DNA from: a virus
Virus record (IMG/VR): IMGVR_UViG_3300036861_000330
Span: 39,157 to 103,156 of that record
Reading direction: 5' to 3' (one strand)
DNA length: 64,000 nt
Positions 26,556 to 37,448 of this stretch are shown here, piece after piece; position 1 is the first letter of the stretch, and each line of letters starts with the position of its first letter. The translations under genes were made by a program, and so were the position numbers. The notes under the pieces were generated by a model, which saw nothing but the letters and a program-made list of their open reading frames with translations, did no database searches and was not told the origin of the DNA.

Positions 26556-29500
26556 TTATCGGGCGAGCCTTGTTGTCGTTCCAAGTTCTGAAAATCCTGC
26601 TGTACCGAGCTGCCACACATTGAAGATAACGCTTGGGGAGCAGTTCAGAACAATTTGCCATGTGGCGTTATCAATGGTTTCCACCGACCCTTCCAAGAAC
26701 ATGTCCAGCGACGTTGCTGGTGCCTCGACAGGAAGGTTCGTGAGCCGAACTTTCGCTGAGATATCAGATGCCAAAATGGTGTTGACCAGTGCGGGATTTG
26801 CCGTCGCGAGTGCAAGCAGATCGACAGTGATGTTAGGGATGCGGTCAAGCGGAGTACCATAGTTGTTTACAATCCACTGTGCAGCACTCATCGTCTCGTC
26901 GTCACTGTCGCTAATGATGCTGATGTCCGCACGGTACAGCCCAAACTCATCAATCGATGCCTGGTTGACTGCCCGCATTGTAGATGAGCGCTGGCGAGAA
27001 ATCGTCGCGTCATTGAACAGGCCAAAGTCATCGCCAGGGAACTCGGCGTCACGATTGATATGAGCATTGCTTGCAGCATCCAAGGTAAACGACACGGAGG
27101 TGTTGTAGCGGCGAGCCCGACCGTGAAACGTCAGATCACCATCACCAGCCATGAACAGCACACCCGCTTCGGTTGCTTCACACTCCTGCATTGCTGAAAT
27201 TGGCTGCTGGCCGTCTGTCCCTTGCCAACCAACAGTTGACAGTCCAACATCAAGGCTGCGATCAGTGGAAGGGATGCCAATCCAGTCAGCAATCCGTGCA
27301 ATTCGCTGATCGGTTCGCTCGCCAGCAAGACCGTCGATGCCAGAGCGGTGGTGCTCACTAATGCGAGTGACAGGTAGTGCTGCCCCAGTTGCGGCGACGT
27401 GGGCAACCGTGCCGTTCCACATTCCCGTGCCTGGCCTGCCGCCAATTGTCAAGAATGAGTACGTTGGCAGTGCGTTTGTGGAGAAGGACGTAGATGCACG
27501 CTCAAGGCCATCAAGGTAGAGTCGTACTGTCACAACGCCGTTGGAGAGCGCTTCGGTAACGGCAACATGGTGCGTCCGCGCGTCGCTGGCAGCAGCGCCA
27601 TTAAACGAGAGCGTGTATGCTTGCGAAAGCCCTCGCCAGCCGGTTGCAACGAGATCGCCCTCAGCATCAACGCCAAGTGTCATGGTGTTGCCAGTGGCGT
27701 TTCGTAGTGCAGTAAGCTCACGAGAAAAGATCGACGTGTTTGCTGTCCGCATCCATGCTTCGAGTGTCATTCCTGTACCAGTGATTGGTGTAAGCAGTTT
27801 CGCTTCGAGGTACTTTCCGTCGGTTGTCGTAGCGGGTGTGAAGATTGGCGCACTGGTTTCGTCAGTGCCAGGCCCAATTCCCTGCGCGAACTCAACTTCC
27901 CCACCGCTGCCAGCTTGTTTCACAATGGCTGGCCCCTGTGGGTATCGAGTGATGCTTCCAACCGACGTTGATCTTTCTGGCTCCGACAGTGGGTAGTACG
28001 CTGACACCGTGCCGCCAGTCGTAATTGCTGTCCCTCCGCTTAGGGTCGAGTCCTTGACCAGTTGCACGGTGTCAAGATAGTGTGTCTCGCTGTTGGCTGG
28101 TGTTGTGGTCGTCTCGAACCCAGCGCAGACCTGCGTAATACCAGACGGTGATGATGGGACCGTGACGCCCTCAAGTCTGTACTGTGTCCAAGTACCAGCC
28201 GCGTCCGTAACAAGCGTTCCAGTTGTAGACGCCAAGAGCGCGTCGGAACTGTCAAGCCACCGTAGTACCGGTCGCCACTGCCGCGTTGCGCCTGTGGCAC
28301 CTGATGCAAAGATTGGCGTTCCAAACGTTACATCTGATCCAGGAATCTGGTTACATGTCGTGAATGTCCCTGGGTTACTGAAGTATTCTGTGAACTGGAT
28401 CATACTGCCAAGGATGTTCCCTGCGGTCACCGACGCCTGAATCGAGCCGACCCAGCTTCCCACACCGGTGGTAAGGTTTGTCACCGAACAAATCCACCAG
28501 CCAGCACCACGGCCTACATCCTGCTCGACACGAATTCGATACGTTGTACCGATCTGCCAGGCGTATGGGATTCGTACCGTATAGCCAGTACCCTCGCTAC
28601 TAAACGGTGCTGCATATGCCCCAGGGATACTACTAATTGCCGCAGCTCGTGCACCCCATACGCTAAAGATGGCAATTTTACCGCTAAACGGCGGCGAGGG
28701 AATTGTGCCACCCGACTGTAAGCCAGCGTACCAGACATCACCACTTGAGTCGGAGGTAATGAATGGCTTTGTAACCACTCTAAATGGGGAAGCGGACTCC
28801 GTCCAAGCAACAGCGATGTTGCCATCGCCACCCTTTACACGATACCCAGACAACGCTGTACGGGTCTGCGTACTCGTCTCAAATGCTGTCCATGCACCCC
28901 ATGAACTTCCTGCACTTGACCATTGGGAGTACCGAACTGTGTTAGCGCCATCCGAGTCAATAATGAAGAGATAGACATCAGTTCCATCTGTGGTCAAAAA
29001 CAACCCTGCGCCAGCCTTCGAGTTCTGCGTGGTAATCGAGTTCCCTGCCGCCCAGCTCGTCCCATTGAACCGGCGGTGCTCGTACGTGTTCGTACCGGTA
29101 CGCAACACAACATGCGCATCTGTAGTCGTGCGTAGACATGCACCCCAGTCGTTGAAGTTAAAGGTGGCTGCGCCAAATCCTGCACTCGCATTGGCTGACC
29201 AAGTTCCAGTGTACTTGGACCAGTTCAGCGCTGTTTGATTGACGTTTGCAATACCGTTGTCGTACACGGCAAGCAGGTTCCCGCCACTAAGGTCAAAGAG
29301 CGTTCGGCTCTTGGTCGTTGTTGTCGTCGCACCGCCAACCGTTGCAGCACCGCTATACCCAGCCGTCCAGCTTGTACCTATATCGGTATTGGTGGACTTC
29401 GCATATGCAGTCTGGCCAAGTACACCATTGTAGTGACCGCTTAGGTCATAAATGCTGTTGGCTGAGTCAAAGCCCACCGCACCGCCATCACCAGAGTAGT

Positions 29501-32500
29501 CATAGGAAAGCGTCTCGGTGGTTGAGATCTGCGCCTCGGCGTTCGTGACTGTAAATGTCGTCGCGCCTACCGTCAGACGAAGATGATAATGGCGGTGGTC
29601 AGCAGCAGCTACGCGGTAGGAAAGTCCAATGTGGACAACGTCGGTAGATGCAATATTGCGGTAGGCAACAGCAACGTTTGTACCAGTTCCCGATGACTGC
29701 GCTCCACCAGTGTCAAGGTTCTGCCCGAGCGTAACTGAGCCAGCATCAGTCCAGACCAGTAGGTTGACAGACCAAGCAAGCCGCAACGTCGTACCACTTG
29801 CCGAATCGACATAGACGAGCCACCAACGTCCTGAGTTCGTCGCATAGAACAAATGCTCTTGATGTGGCGTGCCGGTGCCATCTGCCGTTTTCGTTGCCAT
29901 CATCACTGGCGTCGGCGGCGATGTCTGGGCGAACAACGACTGCCCAGCCCAGAAATATCCGTTCGGTGACGGATCAACGTCCGCACGCAGCGTCCACTCT
30001 ACTGATGTGAACGACCCAGCAATAGGTGCCCACTCTGTTTGCACGATTGGGGTCTGGACATTCTCAACGGGCGGAGATGCCTGTGCCAGAAGGACCATCC
30101 CAGTTGCCTGCGCGAGGCCAACGCTGGTTACTGGCAGACCTGCTGTATCGAAATACGTACCACCAAGCGTAAACGTTACGGTCCCTGCCGAACTTTTTGC
30201 ATTTGCGCAAACAATTCCGCCAGTGTACCGACGCATCCATGCACCATCGGTTGCAGTTCCAGAAACAAGCTGCTTGGCTTGTGTCGGTGTGCCAATAAGC
30301 TTCCTGTACTGAGGATACGCTGAGAGTGGACGGCCGTCATTGTAGCCAACACCACTTGGCTTGGAGCCGTCCCAAAACAGATAGAAGCTCGCGGTGTTGT
30401 ACCGAATTGAGGTAGTGTCATTCGGCGAGCTACTTGGGTACGACTGCACAGCAACAAACTTGCCATTCAACTCAGCGTCAGTCTGAACCTTCATGGTGTC
30501 AGTCCACGTTGCCCCAGTAAACAATGCTCCACCAGAGAAGTTCGTCCAGAACTCACGGATAACCCCATCGACAGTGTTCGCTGTCAGCATCGTGGTATAA
30601 CCAGCGTACATGTCAACATCCCACGGGTCCATACCAACATTGGGGACCATCAACAACCCCACAGCGCGTGCAGCAGGAGTCAGTACTGCCATTGCCGCAG
30701 TAACCGCATCTCGGTAGGCATTGTTGGACGCAAACTCGGTGCTGTCGTTCGCATCACCTTCGTTAAACCCATGCCCTGGCCGCATGTTGGTGTCGTCCAG
30801 CATAATGCCGTGGAAGCCGTCGTTCTTAATACCCTGGAAGTGACTGGACGCCTGTGTTCGATAACTGGCCCGGCCAACATGTGCAGCCTGCAAATATGAA
30901 AAGTCGTTGAAGGTGACGACTGTGCCGTCACTCTCTTTGTGGAGGCGCCAGTCATCCCCACCAGTCCCGTGTGTGACTGCTTCTTCTTGTGTCACCAGTG
31001 TTGTTGGGCGTGAGTTACTGTGTGGACCAGCAATCATACCACCAAGATTCTGGTACGCCAGAATCTTGGCATTCGGGTGGCGCGCTTTAATTGCCGTAAG
31101 GTTAGCCGGGCCAATATTCCAGTGTGTGACAATATAGGAGTACTTGTCGGTTGGAAGAGTTCCATCGGTCAACTGCACATATTCGTCAGTATCGGTAAAG
31201 AACCCAACGATCTTGTTGTAATCAATACCGGTTGCACCAACAACATCGAGTCCTTGTTGCTGCCGAACCCCGCCAGGTACGTCCGATAGTGCTGCCACGT
31301 CGGCGCACGTTGCAGTTCCTAGCGCATTATTGTGCGACGCTGGTGTAACAGCAGCGCCGGACGCAGCACGAATCCAACCACCAACGGAGACAAGTTCACC
31401 AGGTGCGACTGTTTTCGCATCAGCGCCACTGTTGTCATCATTGGCTGTTAAGAACGCAGCAGCCCCACTCCCCACCATCTTGAGTGACCAAGATCCGCCT
31501 TGTGACGTATCAGTACTTCTCGAAACCGTGCCGCCAGTAAGTGCACGCCAGTTTTCGATCGACTGCTCAAACGTGCCGTTTAGTGAGTTACCAGCGGAAC
31601 TCGTGAATGTCACACCGGACTCACGAAGAATCTCCTCCGCAAGCACAGACCGAAGCTCACCGAGTTGGCCAAACCGCTTGAATCGGTCTGTTGCCGTCAC
31701 AGTTACCGGTGCATATGGACTAGTTCCGCCAACAACTGTCCACGCAGTTGGCCAGTTGTTGACGTGGCCGTCGAAGCGCCGAAACAGCCCAGGAAACTCG
31801 ATATCATCAATGTACTGCACCTCTCCTGAGCCAGCCGCACCAAACCACTTTGCATAGACCCTTGCGGTCACTGCGCCCACGGGGGCAATAGCACTGACCT
31901 TGGCTGTCACCCAGCCAGTTGTTATGGTAGTTGGGTCAATAAGTGAGTCCGACGCGGAAATGAACCCGCCAGTGGAGTTGAACCAGAGGATGCCACACTC
32001 GTGGACACGCCCAGTGGTTGCTGCCCGTGACCAGGTCTTCGCCCGGTAGGGCTGGCTCGCTGTGACCGTAAATGACGGGGACTGCACTGCGAACGCGCCT
32101 GATGTTGTTGAGGTGACTGCCAGGCTGGCAACGCCGCTCCGTGCCTGTGAAGTTGACCGCGCCAAGGTTGGCGAACCGGTCTCAGCAGTCCAGCCGCCAG
32201 CGGTAACCTCAAATGTTGATGCATCGCCAGACAGCGTTTCCGCTGGGCCGTACAACTCTGTGAGGCGGATCCGCCTGCCGTTCCGAACGTTTGGATAGTA
32301 CGGCGACGATGCGAGGTTTCGTGTGAACCGACCGTCACTGTTGTCAAATATCGCAGAAAGCGTAGATGGCGAAACATTGGAGAACTCGTCAGATCTTCCA
32401 CGAGTAACTGTCAGCGGTGGCTGGATATAGTCCGTCACATCCGTCCACACTGGCGTTAACGCCATTGGTTGAGTACTAAAGGCAACCTCGACAGTCACGA

Positions 32501-32519
32501 CCGGCAGCGTAAGTGGCAT
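26556..32519 (-). CDS. large minor tail protein (carbohydrate-binding modules, glycoside-hydrolase-like TIM barrel, LamG domain)
   Basis: 1987 aa directly after the tape measure gene; WTDVTDY..RGRSDE N-terminus; GFHGIMLDD...WMRRYTGGIVCAN segment; LamG-like HHVAVT...LYLDG. Confidence 0.75.
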   Translation of the reverse strand: MPLTLPVVTVEVAFSTQPMALTPVWTDVTDYIQPPLTVTRGRSDEFSNVSPSTLSAIFDNSDGRFTRNLASSPYYPNVRNGRRIRLTELYGPAETLSGDASTFEVTAGGWTAETGSPTLARSTSQARSGVASLAVTSTTSGAFAVQSPSFTVTASQPYRAKTWSRAATTGRVHECGILWFNSTGGFISASDSLIDPTTITTGWVTAKVSAIAPVGAVTARVYAKWFGAAGSGEVQYIDDIEFPGLFRRFDGHVNNWPTAWTVVGGTSPYAPVTVTATDRFKRFGQLGELRSVLAEEILRESGVTFTSSAGNSLNGTFEQSIENWRALTGGTVSRSTDTSQGGSWSLKMVGSGAAAFLTANDDNSGADAKTVAPGELVSVGGWIRAASGAAVTPASHNNALGTATCADVAALSDVPGGVRQQQGLDVVGATGIDYNKIVGFFTDTDEYVQLTDGTLPTDKYSYIVTHWNIGPANLTAIKARHPNAKILAYQNLGGMIAGPHSNSRPTTLVTQEEAVTHGTGGDDWRLHKESDGTVVTFNDFSYLQAAHVGRASYRTQASSHFQGIKNDGFHGIMLDDTNMRPGHGFNEGDANDSTEFASNNAYRDAVTAAMAVLTPAARAVGLLMVPNVGMDPWDVDMYAGYTTMLTANTVDGVIREFWTNFSGGALFTGATWTDTMKVQTDAELNGKFVAVQSYPSSSPNDTTSIRYNTASFYLFWDGSKPSGVGYNDGRPLSAYPQYRKLIGTPTQAKQLVSGTATDGAWMRRYTGGIVCANAKSSAGTVTFTLGGTYFDTAGLPVTSVGLAQATGMVLLAQASPPVENVQTPIVQTEWAPIAGSFTSVEWTLRADVDPSPNGYFWAGQSLFAQTSPPTPVMMATKTADGTGTPHQEHLFYATNSGRWWLVYVDSASGTTLRLAWSVNLLVWTDAGSVTLGQNLDTGGAQSSGTGTNVAVAYRNIASTDVVHIGLSYRVAAADHRHYHLRLTVGATTFTVTNAEAQISTTETLSYDYSGDGGAVGFDSANSIYDLSGHYNGVLGQTAYAKSTNTDIGTSWTAGYSGAATVGGATTTTTKSRTLFDLSGGNLLAVYDNGIANVNQTALNWSKYTGTWSANASAGFGAATFNFNDWGACLRTTTDAHVVLRTGTNTYEHRRFNGTSWAAGNSITTQNSKAGAGLFLTTDGTDVYLFIIDSDGANTVRYSQWSSAGSSWGAWTAFETSTQTRTALSGYRVKGGDGNIAVAWTESASPFRVVTKPFITSDSSGDVWYAGLQSGGTIPSPPFSGKIAIFSVWGARAAAISSIPGAYAAPFSSEGTGYTVRIPYAWQIGTTYRIRVEQDVGRGAGWWICSVTNLTTGVGSWVGSIQASVTAGNILGSMIQFTEYFSNPGTFTTCNQIPGSDVTFGTPIFASGATGATRQWRPVLRWLDSSDALLASTTGTLVTDAAGTWTQYRLEGVTVPSSPSGITQVCAGFETTTTPANSETHYLDTVQLVKDSTLSGGTAITTGGTVSAYYPLSEPERSTSVGSITRYPQGPAIVKQAGSGGEVEFAQGIGPGTDETSAPIFTPATTTDGKYLEAKLLTPITGTGMTLEAWMRTANTSIFSRELTALRNATGNTMTLGVDAEGDLVATGWRGLSQAYTLSFNGAAASDARTHHVAVTEALSNGVVTVRLYLDGLERASTSFSTNALPTYSFLTIGGRPGTGMWNGTVAHVAATGAALPVTRISEHHRSGIDGLAGERTDQRIARIADWIGIPSTDRSLDVGLSTVGWQGTDGQQPISAMQECEATEAGVLFMAGDGDLTFHGRARRYNTSVSFTLDAASNAHINRDAEFPGDDFGLFNDATISRQRSSTMRAVNQASIDEFGLYRADISIISDSDDETMSAAQWIVNNYGTPLDRIPNITVDLLALATANPALVNTILASDISAKVRLTNLPVEAPATSLDMFLEGSVETIDNATWQIVLNCSPSVIFNVWQLGTAGFSELGTTTRLAR

Positions 32520-35500
32520 TATGTCAGTCCTAACTTAATACCGCCCCAGCGGCCCTGCTTGTTCAGCAAGGCTTGGAGAATGTCGTCAGCAAGCTGCCTA
32601 ATTCCTTCCTTGCTTCCGTACACTGGGCCGTAGAAGTTGACGATAAGGTCACCGCCTGTACTTTGACCAAGCGGGACAATTGCTTCCGGGCCACTCTCCC
32701 CCATGACACCGCGCCGGCCAGTTCGCAACCCCAACATCAAGGTTGGCTCGTTGACAACACCGCCATTACCGTAGTAGTGATGCGCCATCCAGAATGCTTT
32801 TGCACGCTCGGCCGTGCCATACCGCTCCCGGTAGTAGTACCGAAACATCGCGAGCTGCTGGTCGTAGTTCGTTGTTGACGGTGAAAAGCCAAGGATGCGG
32901 CCAATGCGAGTACGGTTGGAAAGCAGCAGTTGGCCAAGCCCAAACGCAGTTGACCTTGGGTTTTGTGCAGTTGTCTGTCCACCAGACTCACGCTGAATGA
33001 TCCACGCCTCAGCGGCAGAGAGGCCACGACTGAGTGCTGAACCAATACCAAGAATACTGCTGCCAACAGCACCGCCGCTAATCCCACTGCCAAAAATGGC
33101 ACTAATGGCCGCTTTTGCCTTGTCGGTTAGGAATCTTCTCCCACCATTAACAAGTATTCGTGACCCGGCACGCATGATCGGCGCAAGTATACCACCACCA
33201 GCGATTTTGTTGATCAGCCCGCCAAAGCCACTGAATGCCCTCGTGATCATGCCAATGAAATCGATCATGCTCGCGTCGCCAGTGATAAACGAACCACCAA
33301 GTGGTTTGAAAAAGAAGTGCTGTCGAAACAGTGGATCTTTCGCGCCACGTGCACCAGTGCCGACGATGACCCCTCGGCCACCACGTGACTCCACATTTAA
33401 ACCGCCAAGCGTTCCGGCCATGTGGCCAGGATTTCCCTGCATGACACCAATGGTGAACAGCCCAAATCCAGGGACCATGCCAGCAATGCCCCTGCCACGT
33501 GCGAAGCTGCCCGTCGCGAATGTATGCCGGTACGGGTTTCTGTCACCAGCAAGAACGTTGCGAATCGCCGACATGAACCCCGAGCAGTCGTACCCACCTG
33601 GTCCAGCACCACCCCAGCGGTATGGCTTTCCGGCTTGGCTGCGCGCGAACCGCTGCGCCTTCACGACATTTGCTGGGACGATACCACCGGCAGCAAACTT
33701 TTGAGCATAGAATGCTGCCCCTGGTGACGAAAGGTCACCGCCAAGCATTTCCTCCACGGTACTTAGAAACACACTCGACTTTGCAAGACGGCGACGAGCT
33801 GTTTTCATAGTTGGAATAACGATTTCTCTAGGTTCGAGCAGAGCAGGAACCTTGTCGCCAATACCCTGCCCCGGCACCTGCCCGCCGCGTTGCAGCTTCA
33901 CTGGATTGAATATTGGCAACTTCGTTTTCACACCTACCGCGCTGGCAATAGCATTGAATGCCTTACTGAAGTTGTTAATGATATTGTTGATCACCCAGTT
34001 CAGTGGCCCACGAAGTGCGTTTTTGATACCATTAAACGCACTTCCAATATTTGTAGAGAAGTCTCTCGTCCTCGCAACAACCCACGCCCACGCATCACCA
34101 AAGACCTTCTTGACTGAACCAATCGCACCACTCACAATTTCTTTGATTCGTCGCATAATCGAATCAACACGGTCACGGATCTGTCCAGTTCGCGTGGTTA
34201 CTGATGCAAGCATACTCGACCACGTCGTTGTCACAAAGTTTTTAATGAAGTCCCATGTGACCCGCCAGATCGCACGAATTAATGCAATCTTACTAGAGAT
34301 CCAGTCACCAATCCGCTTCATCGTAGGGCCAATTATGAACCAGATTGCATCCCATGTGCCTTTCGCAATATTCCGTGCACCCGTCCACGTCGAGTTCCAT
34401 ATTGACCGAATCGCAGTAAGATTTGTTCGAATGATGAGACTAATATTTGCAATGACAAGTCGTACAAGTGACCAGATTCCTTGCCATGCTGACGTGAACA
34501 CAGAAACAATATTTCGCCAAATGGCCTTCCAGAAAATCCAAACTAGCTTGAAGTAGATCTGGATCGTCATCCAAATAAATGTGGCAATGTACTTGATGAT
34601 CGTGCTGAGTAGCCTGGACGCAGCCGACGTGATATCGATAATGCCACCAAACACTGTCTTCCAGAACTTCAGCACAATCATAAGGTAAATGCCAACAAGT
34701 GTAGCAATCCCAGTGACAACGTACCTGACAATTTGGAATGCTACATTGAAATACGTGCCGACGATCGTAGCAATGATCATCACAACGTTACGAATAATCT
34801 GAAGAATCTGGCTGTGCCAAATTTTCTGGACGAATTGCCAAATGCTGTTCATGACGCCTTGGATAAATGCCCAGATCCCGTTCCATGTACTAGTGACCGT
34901 CGATTTCGTGCTGTTCACCGAATTTACGATAACGGCTGTGACACGGTTCCATGTCGTTGTGGCCGCCGTATAGATCGTTTGCCAGACACCGACAAGAAAC
35001 CCAGTAATTGCTGCCCATGCTGCCTTGAGCGGTGGGAACGCCTTCTGCCAAATCCCAACGAGAAAGTCCCAGATCTGCTTGCGGTACTTGTAAACGACAA
35101 GTGCAAGCAGCACAATCCCAGCGATAATAATCGCAACCCAGCCACCAGCGATTGCTCCACCAAATGTCAACGCAGTCCGCAAGATCATGAACGCCCGTGC
35201 AACCAATGCAATCTTACCGATCGCCATTGCCGAAATGACTACATAGTAACGTAACGCGAACCCAGCGAACTGAAGTAGTGGTACCAACCACTTGACAGCA
35301 GTAACAATGCCACCGACCCCTTGCGCAACACGGATCGCAATAATTATAAATCGGCTAAAGACAGCAACGCCAAGTGCGAACAACGTGACGAGCCGTAGGA
35401 CTGTAGCAGCAAGTTCCTTGTTGCCTTCAGACATTCGTGAGTATGCCTGAACTGCTTTTGTAATCCACTGCACATAGACAGTAAGCTGTGGGATGAGCTG

Positions 35501-36580
35501 CAACCCAAGCTCAATGCCAAGCGTTTGCAAGGCGTTCATGAGTGCTTCAACCGTACCCTGCCAGCCCTTCATTCGAGCAGCAGCCAGCGCTTGTGCAGCT
35601 CCATGCTCCATCACGGCCTTGTGCATTTTGTCGTACTTCTCAACACCGCCAGCCAACACAATATTTGCGGCTCGCATGGCGTCGGTGCCAAAGATTGTCT
35701 GGAACGCTGCCGCCTTCTGTGCATCTGTCATATGTGCAGTTGCACGACTATAATCGAGAATGATATCGCGAAGCGGTCTGACTCGGCCTGCCTGGTCGAA
35801 CGTCTCAACCCCAAGCGCCTTCATTGCATCTTTTGCTTTCGCAGTTGGCGCTGTGAGTCGCTGGATCATCACGCGCAAGGATGTTCCTGCGTCTGACCCT
35901 CGAATTCCAGCATTAGCAAGCATGGCAATCGATGTGACAAGAGCGTCCACAGGCTGACGGTTGGCTGCAAATGCCGCCGACCCCTGTTGTGCAGCAATTG
36001 CCACATCGTGAAGTTCTGCCGAGGACTTATTCGACGCTGCCGCAAGCATGTCGGCAATGGCCACGGCTTTTGAGCCTGCCAAGTGGAACGAGTTCAACAT
36101 ACCTGACGTGATCTTGGACGCCTCAGCGAACTCGATCTCACCAGCCGTCGCCAGTTGCAACACACCCTTGACGCCGCTCATGACATCTCTCACCGAGAGC
36201 CCCGCACGGCTCATATTGAGCATCGTGTCGGCTGCGTCTTGCGCCGTCACACCAGGCAGTCGCAAGTCATTTCCAAGGTCAATTGCCAACCGCTGCATCG
36301 CAGCCATCTGTCGGTTGTTGGCCTTGGAAGAGGCTTGCAGAATATTAAGAGACGCTTCAAACCGGCCGGCAGCATTTGCCGACTTCACCATTGCAACGGC
36401 TGTCACTGCGCCCATGTACGCAGAAGAGCGCCCGACCAAGGCTGCCGAAGCTGCAACTTGATTCTGCACACCAGCAGCACGCCCAGCTTCGCGCTGCAAG
36501 TTGCGCAGGACCGCCGTTGCATGGTCTCGGGCGTAGATCAGCATCCATATCTCAGAAGTTGATATGGCTATCTTAACCAC
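32519..36580 (-). CDS. tape measure protein with C-terminal NlpC/P60-like and lytic-transglycosylase-like domains
   Basis: TP901-type TMP core (LANAGIRGSDAGTSLR); Trp-periodic repeats; GKPYRWGGAGPGGYDCSGF; IIQRESGG...AFGLGQ. Confidence 0.93.
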   Translation of the reverse strand: MVKIAISTSEIWMLIYARDHATAVLRNLQREAGRAAGVQNQVAASAALVGRSSAYMGAVTAVAMVKSANAAGRFEASLNILQASSKANNRQMAAMQRLAIDLGNDLRLPGVTAQDAADTMLNMSRAGLSVRDVMSGVKGVLQLATAGEIEFAEASKITSGMLNSFHLAGSKAVAIADMLAAASNKSSAELHDVAIAAQQGSAAFAANRQPVDALVTSIAMLANAGIRGSDAGTSLRVMIQRLTAPTAKAKDAMKALGVETFDQAGRVRPLRDIILDYSRATAHMTDAQKAAAFQTIFGTDAMRAANIVLAGGVEKYDKMHKAVMEHGAAQALAAARMKGWQGTVEALMNALQTLGIELGLQLIPQLTVYVQWITKAVQAYSRMSEGNKELAATVLRLVTLFALGVAVFSRFIIIAIRVAQGVGGIVTAVKWLVPLLQFAGFALRYYVVISAMAIGKIALVARAFMILRTALTFGGAIAGGWVAIIIAGIVLLALVVYKYRKQIWDFLVGIWQKAFPPLKAAWAAITGFLVGVWQTIYTAATTTWNRVTAVIVNSVNSTKSTVTSTWNGIWAFIQGVMNSIWQFVQKIWHSQILQIIRNVVMIIATIVGTYFNVAFQIVRYVVTGIATLVGIYLMIVLKFWKTVFGGIIDITSAASRLLSTIIKYIATFIWMTIQIYFKLVWIFWKAIWRNIVSVFTSAWQGIWSLVRLVIANISLIIRTNLTAIRSIWNSTWTGARNIAKGTWDAIWFIIGPTMKRIGDWISSKIALIRAIWRVTWDFIKNFVTTTWSSMLASVTTRTGQIRDRVDSIMRRIKEIVSGAIGSVKKVFGDAWAWVVARTRDFSTNIGSAFNGIKNALRGPLNWVINNIINNFSKAFNAIASAVGVKTKLPIFNPVKLQRGGQVPGQGIGDKVPALLEPREIVIPTMKTARRRLAKSSVFLSTVEEMLGGDLSSPGAAFYAQKFAAGGIVPANVVKAQRFARSQAGKPYRWGGAGPGGYDCSGFMSAIRNVLAGDRNPYRHTFATGSFARGRGIAGMVPGFGLFTIGVMQGNPGHMAGTLGGLNVESRGGRGVIVGTGARGAKDPLFRQHFFFKPLGGSFITGDASMIDFIGMITRAFSGFGGLINKIAGGGILAPIMRAGSRILVNGGRRFLTDKAKAAISAIFGSGISGGAVGSSILGIGSALSRGLSAAEAWIIQRESGGQTTAQNPRSTAFGLGQLLLSNRTRIGRILGFSPSTTNYDQQLAMFRYYYRERYGTAERAKAFWMAHHYYGNGGVVNEPTLMLGLRTGRRGVMGESGPEAIVPLGQSTGGDLIVNFYGPVYGSKEGIRQLADDILQALLNKQGRWGGIKLGLT

Positions 36581-36610
36581 TCTCCTTCTGCCAAAGAATG
36601 CCGGTCGCCA

Positions 36611-36868
36611 CTAGCCGGGCGCTCCCCTCGTACGTTTATGTTCGGCCTCTTCTTCCTCCCACTGTTGTTTTTTCGCTTGTTCATTCAGGACGAAGTTGAC
36701 TTGTGTAATTAGTTTGTGTGGTTGGTCAAGCACCCCACCAGCAAACGGCGGCGCATGGAAGTTCTCAACAAGTTCGGCGATGTGCAGCACTCTTGCAGCG
36801 TCATTGTCGATTCGTGGTTTATTGTTGTTCGGCTTCCAAATCCAGTCCGCTACTCGTTTGTAAAATCC
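36611..36868 (-). CDS. tail assembly chaperone, frameshifted (gpT-like) segment
   Basis: Overlaps the end of the upstream chaperone ORF in the -1 frame at G-GAT-TTT. Confidence 0.6.
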   Translation of the reverse strand, partial: GFYKRVADWIWKPNNNKPRIDNDAARVLHIAELVENFHAPPFAGGVLDQPHKLITQVNFVLNEQAKKQQWEEEEAEHKRTRGAPG

Positions 36869-37284
36869 GCCGCTTCGGGCGTATCCTCCCAACGGTTTAC
36901 CTTACGGATAATGGACTCGATCTCGCCGCCAACGCGAGGGTTCAACTTACCAGACCAGTCGAGCGGGTTTGCAAACTGGTACGGACGACCGTCCTTATGA
37001 CGTAAGTTGTGCCGCACAATACATTTCTTAAAGTCGTATGCACTGGTCGCTTCGTTCTTAGTTTTCAGGTCCATTGTGTCTGGACCCTTACGACCCTGCT
37101 CAGCCATCTTGACAGACATCTCCATAATCATGTCCTGGCGAGCGAGATTTTCTCCGTGGCTCATCTCACGTATTTCGACCCAGCCGCCCCTCACGCTTTT
37201 TAAATCATAGCGCTTGGGCTCTGGGTCGATGTCTACAACGACATAGTCGTCGGGTGGAATTGCAGCGTGCTGTCCGTCAGTCAT
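36850..37284 (-). CDS. tail assembly chaperone (gpG-like)
   Basis: Located between major tail and tape measure genes. Confidence 0.7.
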   Translation of the reverse strand: MTDGQHAAIPPDDYVVVDIDPEPKRYDLKSVRGGWVEIREMSHGENLARQDMIMEMSVKMAEQGRKGPDTMDLKTKNEATSAYDFKKCIVRHNLRHKDGRPYQFANPLDWSGKLNPRVGGEIESIIRKVNRWEDTPEAADFTNE

Positions 37285-37448
37285 TCGCTCCCCCTTCTAG
37301 AAGCTAGGACTGGGTATGCCGCACCATCTCATCTGGGAGGTAAGGTTTCGCTTCGACTTCGAGTACACTCGCCAGTGGACTCGAATGAAAAGTGGCAGAG
37401 TTCTTGTCGAGTCGAGAGAAAAGCACATCCCATACTGGATCTTCTATA

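Noticed and set aside
26620-36576. Numerous plus-strand ORFs antisense to tail and tape measure genes
   Set aside because: Shadow ORFs of long GC-rich coding sequences, without RBS or motifs.
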